This document shows positions 54,697 through 64,000 of a stretch of 64,000 nucleotides of DNA, piece by piece; within the stretch, counting starts at the first letter, position 1, and each line of letters begins with the position of its first letter. The position numbers and the translations under genes were made by a program. Origin of the DNA: Eledone cirrhosa. Lineage: Eukaryota. The stretch spans positions 40,548,001-40,612,000 of the forward strand of contig OZ024750.1 in the NCBI GenBank assembly GCA_964016885.1. Direction: 5' to 3'. The notes under the pieces are model-generated. The model saw nothing but the letters and a program-made list of their open reading frames with translations. It did not search any database and was not told the DNA's origin.

Positions 54697-55092
54697 ATAT
54701 GGCTTCGTGGTTAGAGCATTGGCCTTGTAATCGAAAGGTTGTGAGTTCAATTCTCAGACCGGGTGATGTGTTGTTTCCTTGAGTAAGACACTTTATTTCA
54801 CGTTGCCCCAGTTTACTCAACTGTAAAAATGAGATGATAGGGACTGGACTGGGGTCCCTATCATTCCACTGCAAAGTGGTCATGGAGGTGCCACGGCAAA
54901 AGAATAACCCAGCCCACACTGTAAAGTGGACGTGTAGGCGCCACAGAAAAAAAAAGCACCCAGCACTCACTGTAAATGAGGTTGGTGTTAGGAAGTGTAT
55001 CCAGCTGTAGAAATCAAGCCCGAATCAGTTCCCGTCCCACCCTTGCAAGCAGGGAAAAAGCGGACGCAAAATGATGATGATGGTGATGATGA
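54697..55092 (+). mobile_element. Family B SINE
   Basis: Same consensus, with an extra internal repeat unit. Confidence 0.85.
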
Positions 55093-55525
55093 TATATATA
55101 ACGAAAGAAGTGTGGTAAGGAACCAGGTGGAACATAAAGCCTCAATACCCCCACCCTCGTGAATTCTATACAGCATTGGCTGAAAACGCAACACCAGCTA
55201 AAAATATAGCAGCTATTTTAGACTATAGTTTTTTTTAAATTTTATAATTTCCCATTTTCAGATTCCTGTATAATTCTATTTTCACCTGCTTTCTAGCTAG
55301 CCTACTTCATCCACACTCCTTAGAATTTGGTGTATAGAATTTACTTTTAATGCTTGATCGGCTTCACCCACTCTCTCATTGTTCTACAGGAAAGTTCAGC
55401 CACCACCCACCCCCTACCCACCGCCATGAAATATTTAACTGTGTTTACAAGAAACTTCGACCAATCCTTTTGACAACTACAACCTTCAGAAATGCCTGAT
55501 TATCGCATGCCCAATATATGGAATT

Positions 55526-55620
55526 ACCCCTTGAAGAGTTCGGCTAGATCATAACCACGCTAAAAATTTAATTTAGTCCAGAAATAGCCGTCGAAACGGC
55601 TTGAGTTCTGCCATTAGGGT
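55526..55620 (+). ncRNA. Degenerate hammerhead of the family with a full stem III
   Basis: ACCCC-TTGAAGA-..CGGCTA...TAGCCG TC-GAAA-CGGC...GCCA-TT-AGGGT; the intact 3' half GAAA-CGGC..GCCG-TC-GGGGT is at about 58016-58043. Confidence 0.55.
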
Positions 55621-56169
55621 CCTGAGCCTATATATATATATATTTTTCACATATATTTACCTAAACTGCGATTCTGTTTTTCTCTCTCTCTCTCTCTTAC
55701 TGCTCCCTCGTTCTCTCTGTTTCTCTTACTTTCTTTCGTCCCCTCTGTCATGTCAGTTAACACTTTCTCTCTACTGACCTCTTCCTCACACTTCCACTCA
55801 CTCACTCACTGTTTCTCCCCTTCTCACTTCACCCCGTTCGCGACGAAAACAATTTCCTTCTTTCTTACATTGGATTCATCTCGAAAGGTCTAATTTCTAC
55901 TCGCTCATATATTCACCCAGCTTATACTGATAGAATAACTATGTAGCTTGTACCTCTTCCTATCTACGGTTAGCTTTCCTCTTTGTTGTTTACTTGTCTC
56001 ACTCGCTTTACGCGTTTTAATTGTCCTAATAACTTAATTTAGTTATTATTGCACCAACGTGAGGTATATGATTTTTAATGCAATGAAATATCTATGATCG
56101 TTGGCAAATCACTGACTCATTTTATAACATGTTATCCATGTGCAACCTGCAGTATTCTTTTCCCCATTT

Positions 56170-56242
<73 letters not shown>

Positions 56243-56267
56243 TGTATGTATATGTATATATATATAA

Positions 56268-56302
<35 letters not shown>

Positions 56303-56792
56303 AAGAAAACGAAAAATCAGTGATGCATCTGGACTTAGTTTATTTCGTGTTACAAATGTTTCGCTGGCATGTAGCTCGAGTCATGGTCCTATATATATAT
56401 ATATATATCAAGTAAGAAAATTTTCGAAACAGCGAGCGGGTTTGAAATTATTATAAATCTTTAGTCAAAATACGGCGATAGCTTACATTTATAATATATA
56501 TATATATGTATGTATGTATGTATATGAAAAACTATCGACAAAATTCCAGACCTCATTCACTTAACGAGTGGAGTGGAACTTATCAAATCGTACCAGGGAA
56601 ACGATGTTTCCATTTGTCTTTCCATTGCTGATACTATTTATTGTAACTCTTGGCAGAAAGAGTAACGTGAAATAAAATGCTTTGCTCAAGGGCACAACGC
56701 ATCGCCAGGTCCAGGAATCGAACCCACAACCTCACGATTGCGATCCAATTCTCTAACCACTAAGCCACGGACCTTCACATATTGTATATAAA

Positions 56793-57171
56793 TAATTGTT
56801 TCTACTTTTGGCACAAGGCCAGCAATTACCCAGTTCATTACTGGTACTTTATTTTATCGACCCCGTAAGGATGAAAGGCAAAGTTAACCTCGGCGGGATT
56901 TGAACTCAGAATGGCAAGGGCCGTAACTCTGTGCGTCAAAGCATGGCGTCCGACCCTCTACCGATACTGCCAATCCACCGGTCGTAATATAAATAATTGT
57001 TTCTACTTTAGGCACAAGGCCAGCAATTACCCAGTGCATTACTGGTACTTTATTTTATCGACTCCGTAAGGATGAAAGGCAAAGTCAACCTCGGCGGGAT
57101 TTGAACTCAAACCGTAAAAGGACGTAACTCTATGCTGGAAAGCATGGCGTCCGACCCTCCACCGATACTGC
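56793..57171 (-). mobile_element. Two tandem family A SINEs
   Basis: Two consecutive full copies of the family consensus. Confidence 0.85.
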
Positions 57172-57232
57172 AATAGGCTGAATGTTAGTAGAAAGAAGTT
57201 TTAATGATGTTAATACCTCTTTTAATACCCAG

Positions 57233-57429
57233 ATTATGTCACTTTCAAAGATGTTAGCCAGCAGCGATCCTGGTGCCAGCAAGAATGCCTGCTTTGCTCT
57301 CAGCTGTATTTTTGTCAAAGAATCGATCCAACACATATTTATCTCCTCCCACTATTGTTCAGATATTTTGGAAAAACTGGCTAAACTTTTATTTTCTGAA
57401 GATAATGAAACTGGTTGGTTCGCTGCTGT
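57233..57429 (+). CDS. ARM-repeat protein exon 6 ([25 protein letters not shown]...GWFAAV)
   Basis: Acceptor tttaatacccAG; [10 protein letters not shown] motif; donor GT|GTAAGT, phase 2 out. Confidence 0.9.
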
Positions 57430-57515
57430 GTAAGTCTCCATATTACTTCGCTCTTGCATCAGCTTCGAATACATAATATTACACACACATACACACACAC
57501 ACATACACACACATA

Positions 57516-57556
<41 letters not shown>

Positions 57557-57782
57557 ACACACACATTTACACATTTACACACTCTCACACACACACATTT
57601 ACACACACACATTGCCCCCCTCCCCCCTACATATATATATATATATATGTGTGTGCAGTTTTGGTTATACACACTGCATTTACACAGTACCACATTATAT
57701 ATATATATAAAATTTGCTTAGGTAAGATTCTTTTGTTATTTTAGCAATCTTGATTTTCTTTCTAGTACATTGTATGGTTTTC

Positions 57783-57842
<60 letters not shown>

Positions 57843-57844
<2 letters not shown>

Positions 57845-58058
57845 CGGAGGAAATGTGGTAAGGAACCACGTGGACCATAACGCACCAAAGTACTCAATAC
57901 TTAGGGTAGTAGAGTGGGTAATAGGAACGAGTAGGTCCCCGACGGCTGAGCTCAAGCCGTTTCGACGGCTAATTCTGGACTAAAATTCTGGACTTTTAGT
58001 CCAGAATTAGCCGTCGAAACGGCTTGAGCTCAGCCGTCGGGGTCCTATTCGTTCCTAT
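57843..58058. mobile_element. Fold-back pLTR-like element (copy of 241-432)
   Basis: Near-identical to 241-432; apex carries a duplicated aattctggact; TA tracts on both sides. Confidence 0.75.
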
Positions 58059-58221
58059 ATATATATATATATATATATATAGTTGTTATATAGTAAGGTG
58101 CATTACTGGTTGTGTAAAATGGTCCAATAACTTTATGTTAGCAATATTAAGTTCTCCACGCTTTTGTATATCTCCAATTCCATTCGAGGGAACAGCTAGA
58201 TGATGTAAAACGGAGTATAGG

Positions 58222-58388
58222 TATCAAAATGAAAATCCGAAGGCAAGGTAAAATTCCAATCATTTAATCACGACACATGTTTCAATAAGAGATGGATCGA
58301 TCATGGCTTCACAATCGATCTATCTCTTATTGAAACATGTGTCGTGATTAAATGATTGGAATTTTACCTTGCCTTCGGATTTTCATTT

Positions 58389-58393
<5 letters not shown>
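58222..58393. mobile_element. Fold-back element with a hammerhead 3' half
   Basis: About 80-bp inverted arms; right arm GAAA-CATGTG-TC-GTGA; ends in (TA)n. Confidence 0.65.
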
Positions 58394-58437
<44 letters not shown>

Positions 58438-58560
58438 GGAGGTGAGTTTTATTGTAGTACAATAAAGCAATGCAGATATCGGATAAGAAGCACTCTACAG
58501 TTTGTAGGACTGGAGTATACATAATATATAAGATCAAAAGATGGTTAAATGAGTTCCATG

Positions 58561-58630
58561 TATTTTATTATGCGCATTTGAAAACAAATATCATCATGCA
58601 ATAACATTTGTGTTTTCATCAGATAAAATA
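58561..58630 (-). ncRNA. Hammerhead copy with a GAAA>CAAA core mutation (left arm of a fold-back)
   Basis: Near-identical to 1027-1097 but reads tttg rather than tttc on the + strand. Confidence 0.65.
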
Positions 58631-58747
58631 TGAGGACATGATCTGAAGGTTAAAAACACTTGTGGATAGTGCAGTTTTAAATCAACATATGTCGATTTAA
58701 AACTGCACTATCCACAAGTGTTTTTTAACCTTCATATCATGTCTCCC

Positions 58748-58818
58748 TATTTTATCTGACGAAAACGCAAATGTCATCTCATGATGATATTTGTTTTTGA
58801 AATGCGCATAATAAAATA
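58748..58818 (+). ncRNA. Minimal type I hammerhead ribozyme (right arm of a fold-back)
   Basis: TATTTTAT-CTGACGA-stem II-GAAA-TGCGCA-TA-ATAAAATA; a further 5'-truncated tandem copy follows at about 58864-58925. Confidence 0.85.
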
Positions 58819-58952
58819 CATGGAACTCATTTAACTATCTTTTGATCTTATATATTATATATAGACGAAAACGCAAATGTCATCTCATGATGATATTTGT
58901 TTTTGAAATGCGCATAATAAAATACATGGAACTCATTTAACCATCTTTTGAT

Positions 58953-59004
<52 letters not shown>

Positions 59005-59384
59005 GTGAAGGCATGTAGCCTAGTGGTAAGGGTGTTGGACTTACGATCATAATGGCTGGGTTGCGTGTTGTGTTCTTGAGCAAAACACTTCATTTCATGT
59101 TGCTCCAGTATACTCAGCTGAAAATAAGTACCAGCAATAGCTGGAGGTTTAACCCTGCGATGGACTGGCGTCCTGTCCAGGGGGGAGTCTTCTACTCTCA
59201 GTCGCTTCACGCCATGAAACCGAGATAAGCACCGACCAAATGGGCCTTCTGGCTTAAGACAGACTTTAGATATATATATATAACAGGGTTAAAGTATCGT
59301 TGGAGATGATGAAGCGGGGAGATACAAAGAGGTGCGATACAGAATACTAAATGCCAAAAGCCGAAGCAAAGTGTGCTCGATGTT

Positions 59385-59433
<49 letters not shown>

Positions 59434-59535
59434 CCGTTTTACGTCCGTTCTTCCACGCTAGCATGGGTTAGACGGGTTGTCCTGTTGTGGGCTGTGTCTG
59501 CTCGGCTGACCATGCCTTGCTCATACAGGAACTGA

Positions 59536-59589
<54 letters not shown>

Positions 59590-59675
59590 GAAAAATTGAA
59601 CAGGGACAGAACAGAGAGGCAGTACGATAAATGTTTATTAAATTCACGCTCAGGAGAGTGGGGGGTAGGTGGGGG

Positions 59676-59707
59676 ACGACGTTTCGGGCATAAGCCCTTC
59701 TTCAGGT
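59676..59707 (-). ncRNA. Minimal hammerhead motif with a weak stem I
   Basis: Minus strand: AC-CTGAAGA-aGGGC ttat GCCC-GAAA-CG-TC-GT; related flanks at about 28870-28985 and 47270-47365. Confidence 0.6.
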
Positions 59708-59949
59708 GAGAAGTGTGTGGGAACAGAGTTCAAAAGGTGTGTAGGGGAGTGGTGGAGAGACATATAGCGAAAGGAAACGGTGCGAATGAAAAATTAACAA
59801 ATAAAGACAATATATATATAGGAACAAGTAGGACCCTGACGGCTGAGCTCAAGCTGTTTCGACGGCTAATTCTGGACGCACTCTACTACCCTAAGTATTG
59901 AGTACTTTGGTGCGTTATGGTCCATCTGGTTCCTTACCACATTTCCTTC

Positions 59950-59998
<49 letters not shown>

Positions 59999-60157
59999 GA
60001 GAGAGAATTATTCAATTTCCGTTAGTGTAATCAATTAATTTGATTGTTCAACAAAAATCAAAGACAGCTTACAGTAATGTTTTACTAAATGTACGAATTA
60101 TTCCAATTGGTAGTTCCTGTGGTAGTTTAATGGGTTCCAAGTGTAGCAGTTTACGGC

Positions 60158-60192
<35 letters not shown>

Positions 60193-60204
60193 TATATATA
60201 TATA

Positions 60205-60240
<36 letters not shown>

Positions 60241-60252
60241 AATTGAAACAAA

Positions 60253-60650
60253 ATGAAAACGAAATTTCATTTCTCACTCTTAGTATGGCACTTACTTAAA
60301 TGTAAGTATGCATGTATACGTACATACATATATGTATACAGACGTACAGTAGCATGCACATATATATATATATATACATATATACATACATATGCATACA
60401 GGTACACATACATATATGCACGTATCAGTTTAGCGGCGCTAACGTCGCTTTGTTCGTTTGTAAACAATTCAGGCTGTTCAGTTTGTTTACAAACGAACAA
60501 AGCGACGTTAGCGCCGCTAAACTGATACGTGCATATATGTATGTGTACCTGTATGCATATGTATGTATATATGTATATATATATATATATATGTGCATGC
60601 TACTGTACGTCTGTATACATATATGTATGTACGTATACATGCATACTTAC

Positions 60651-60655
<5 letters not shown>
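60253..60655. mobile_element. Fold-back element (same family as 62215-62830)
   Basis: Inverted arms about 60298-60467 and 60484-60654; shares aacgaaatttcatttc..cactcttagta with 62221. Confidence 0.7.
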
Positions 60656-60711
<56 letters not shown>

Positions 60712-60712
<1 letters not shown>

Positions 60713-62182
60713 AAGCTCCGATGACTGGCAACTGACTTGGTAAACACCCACAACATTATTAACCATCTTGCCAACAACAACCCTGAGTACCTTTTTGATT
60801 TCCATGTGTCTAACACACGTGGGCATGCCCTCAAAGTCAGAAAACAGCACAGTTCCCATGACTTTCGGAATCATTTTTTCACGCTCAGAGTTGCTGAAGC
60901 ATGGAACAAACTACCTGCATCAGTTGTTAGCTGTCGAGACACTGCATCCTTTAAAACCTCCGTGGAACAAACTACCTGCACCAGTTGTTAGCTGTCGAGA
61001 CACTGCATCCTTTAAAACCTCCGTGGAACAAACTACCTGCATCAGTTGTTAGCTGTCGAGACACTGCATCCTTTAAAACCTCCGTGGAACAAACTACCTG
61101 CATCAGTTGTTAGCTGTCGAGACACTGCATCCTTTAAAACCTCCGTGGAACAAACTACCTGCACCAGTTGTTAGCTGTCGAGACACTGCATCCTTTAAAA
61201 CCTCCGTGGAACAAACTACCTGCACCAGTTGTTAGCTGTCGAGACACTGCATCCTTTAAAACCTCCGTGGAACAAACTACCTGCACCAGTTGTTAGCTGT
61301 CGAGACACTGCATCCTTTAAAACCTCCGTGGAACAAACTACCTGCATCAGTTGTTAGCTGTCGAGACACTGCATCCTTTAAAACCTCCGTGGAACAAACT
61401 ACCTGCATCAGTTGTTAGCTGTCGAGACACTGCATCCTTTAAAACCTCCGTGGAACAAACTACCTGCATCAGTTGTTAGCTGTCGAGACACTGCATCCTT
61501 TAAAACCTCCGTGGAACAAACTACCTGCACCAGTTGTTAGCTGTCGAGACACTGCATCCTTTAAAACCTCCGTGGAACAAACTACCTGCACCAGTTGTTA
61601 GCTGTCGAGACACTGCATCCTTTAAAACCTCCGTGGAACAAACTACCTGCACCAGTTGTTAGCTGTCGAGACACTGCATCCTTTAAAACCTCCGTGGAAC
61701 AAACTACCTGCATCAGTTGTTAGCTGTCGAGACACTGCATCCTTTAAAACCTCCGTGGAACAAACTACCTGCATCAGTTGTTAGCTGTCGAGACACTGCA
61801 TCCTTTAAAACCTCCGTGGAACAAACTACCTGCACCAGTTGTTAGCTGTCGAGACACTGCATCCTTTAAAACCTCCGTGGAACAAACTACCTGCATCAGT
61901 TGTTAGCTGTCGAGACACTGCATCCTTTAAAACCTCCGTGGAACAAACTACCTGCATCAGTTGTTAGCTGTCGAGACACTGCATCCTTTAAAACCTCCAT
62001 GCTTCCCAAGATTCGCCAACACTACACCTAATGTTTCCCCTCCATACACATACACACATGTATACCATGACTCATACACTATTCACTTCCCTGACATTTG
62101 TATATTATTCTATGTACTATACATGCACCTTTGACGAGTTGTAGTGCACCTGAGCACTGTACACAATAATTTCATTATTATT
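60712..62182 (+). mobile_element. CR1/L2-type LINE 3' end with a 61-bp x18 tandem expansion (60902-62000)
   Basis: TRGHALKVRKQH..FFTLRVAEAWNKLPASVV, repeated 61-bp unit, then the same 3' UTR as 42028-42375. Confidence 0.9.
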
Positions 62183-62214
62183 ATATATATATATATATAT
62201 ATATAAACGGAAAA

Positions 62215-62823
62215 AATCAAACGAAATTTCATTTCCCACTCTTAGTACGGCTGTTACTTAAATATAAGTATGTACTCGCACATACATATATGTATACAGA
62301 CGTACAGTAGTATGTATATATATATACATACATGCACACATATATATATGTACGTATGGATTCACCGAACATTTATTATAATGCTCGGTGTGTTTGTAAA
62401 CAAACATCCCGTATTAAGCCGCAGTGTCTAGCAACTACCGTTGCTCGTTTGTTCAACACTGACAAAGGAACGCTGTACTAGTTTCAAGCTTGTTAGCTAT
62501 CGTCAGCAACGTATACCTTCCTGCCAGATTGTTGAACGTATATACTTACCTTATGCATATTAACGGCTGAGTAGCCCAATTTGCATATCGAGTGGGTTAA
62601 TCGGCTAGTACAGCGTTCCTTTGTCAGTGTTGAACAAACGAGCAACGATGGTTGCTAGACACTACGGCTTAATACGGGATGTTTGTTTACAAACACACCG
62701 AGCATTATAATAAATGTTCGGTGAATCCATACGTACATATATATATATATGTGTGCATGTATGTATATATATATATATATACTACTGTACGTCTGTATAC
62801 ATATATGTATGTACGTGTACATA

Positions 62824-62830
<7 letters not shown>
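62215..62830. mobile_element. Fold-back element containing a hammerhead
   Basis: Arms about 62263-62481 and 62606-62830 around a ~125-bp spacer; TA tracts on both sides. Confidence 0.75.
62470..62512 (-). ncRNA. Minimal type I hammerhead ribozyme
   Basis: Minus strand: ACGTTG-CTGACGA-tAGCT aaca AGCTt-GAAA-CTAG-TA-CAGCGT. Confidence 0.82.
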
Positions 62831-62887
<57 letters not shown>

Positions 62888-63256
62888 TAAAAATAATGAA
62901 TAAACAAAGAAACAGTTCCTTATATTAAAAAATTCATCATTTTACGATCGTTTCTAGGATATATATGTTAGTGTTGGTATGCATATCATATCTACATATA
63001 TATATATATATATATATAACAATGGTGGACAACTCCACCACTGTGACCCTGTACTAACTTGTGTATATTGCCCAAAATATTCTATTACCGTTTATAGACC
63101 TCATTTAACAATAAATAGACATTACTCTATGATGTCAGCATTACTCTATTATAAGCTAAGGCCAGGCTGGGGCACCACCATTAGTAGAGTAAATTTATAT
63201 ATAAACACGTATTGTAATTGTGAAATATATTTAACATCATACTATTACCTTTTCAG

Positions 63257-63335
63257 AGCACTTCATACAATCGCCAGAATTCCTGTAGGGTGTTTGCAGA
63301 TTCGAAGACATAAAACCGTTGAAGCAGCTATGAAG
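63257..63335 (+). CDS. ARM-repeat protein exon 7 (ALHTIARIPVGCLQIRRHKTVEAAMK)
   Basis: Acceptor ccttttcAG, phase 2 in (GT+A=Val); donor AAG|GTAATT, phase 0 out. Confidence 0.88.
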
Positions 63336-63907
63336 GTAATTATATATAGTTGACTTATAACCACGTCGATGTCCCTTGTACAAATATAAATAAGCTTTGT
63401 AGAACGTTATACAACAAACAGGAGTTTTGTAGTGTTGCCATTTTAACCAAAAATTACTAAAAAAATGTGTAAGCTCATTTATCACCGTTTCTCGTGGAAC
63501 CCCTTGCAACCTCTTGCGGAACTTTAGGGCCGAGAAACGCAGTTTGAGAAACACCACTCTAAACATATATATGAGTGTATGGACCTGTAATCTCCGATAG
63601 TTTGTAAGGGTGCCGAAAAATAATTGTTTCTATTTTTGGCACAAGGCCAGCTATTACTCCAGTGTATTACTGGTACTTTATTTTATCGACCCCCGTAAGG
63701 ATAAAAGACAAAGTTAACCTCGGCGGGATTTGAACGGAATAGCAACGGCCGTAACTCAATGCGTCAAAGCATGGCGACCGACCCTCTACCGATACTGCCA
63801 ATCCACCGAGGTTTTCTCGGGCATCTTAAACCTGGCATTTTAAACTCATACCAGTTATATTATTTTTCTAGAATGCTCTGTTATTACCAGTTATATTATT
63901 TTTCTAG

Positions 63908-64000
63908 AATGCTCTGTTAAAGGAAGAGAACCAGGACCTCGTGGAAGAGATAACATCAGCTCTGGAAGTTATTAAAAGATTAGAAAAGCCGGCGCCTCCA
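63908..64000 (+). CDS. ARM-repeat protein exon 8, partial (NALLKEENQDLVEEITSALEVIKRLEKPAPP...), runs off the window
   Basis: Acceptor tatttttctAG, phase 0, open to the window end. Confidence 0.85.

Larger units (their letters stand above)
58437..58956. mobile_element. Composite fold-back/tandem pLTR element with three hammerhead copies
   Basis: Arms about 58530-58685 and 58693-58850, plus a tandem partial copy; homologous to 997-1158 and, inverted, to 1411-1495. Confidence 0.75.

Overview
AT-rich, microsatellite-laden eukaryotic DNA, most likely from an octopus/coleoid cephalopod (inferred from SINE types, (TA)n density and C2H2 remnants). One real protein-coding gene was rebuilt by hand on the + strand: 8 GT-AG exons with fully matching phases (26524-26714, 41807-42011, 43098-43228, 47484-47584, 52208-52302, 57233-57429, 63257-63335, 63908->end), encoding at least 364 aa of an armadillo/HEAT-repeat protein that continues past the window. 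The rest is repeats: two tRNA-derived SINE families, fragments of RTE, CR1 and CRE-type LINEs, Tc1/mariner, pogo and piggyBac remnants and MITEs, a C2H2 zinc-finger pseudogene, and many minisatellites, several of them expanded from pieces of transposons. The strongest hidden signal is about 14 type I hammerhead ribozyme motifs (stem I-CTGANGA-stem II-GAAA-palindrome-UH-stem I) from several unrelated families, some with compensatory base changes. They sit in short non-coding, often fold-back elements inserted in (TA)n tracts, which points to a Penelope-like pLTR/retrozyme system. Several lie in the sense direction inside the host gene's introns. Most ORFs in the supplied track are microsatellite artefacts. 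Repeat boundaries are read by eye and approximate.
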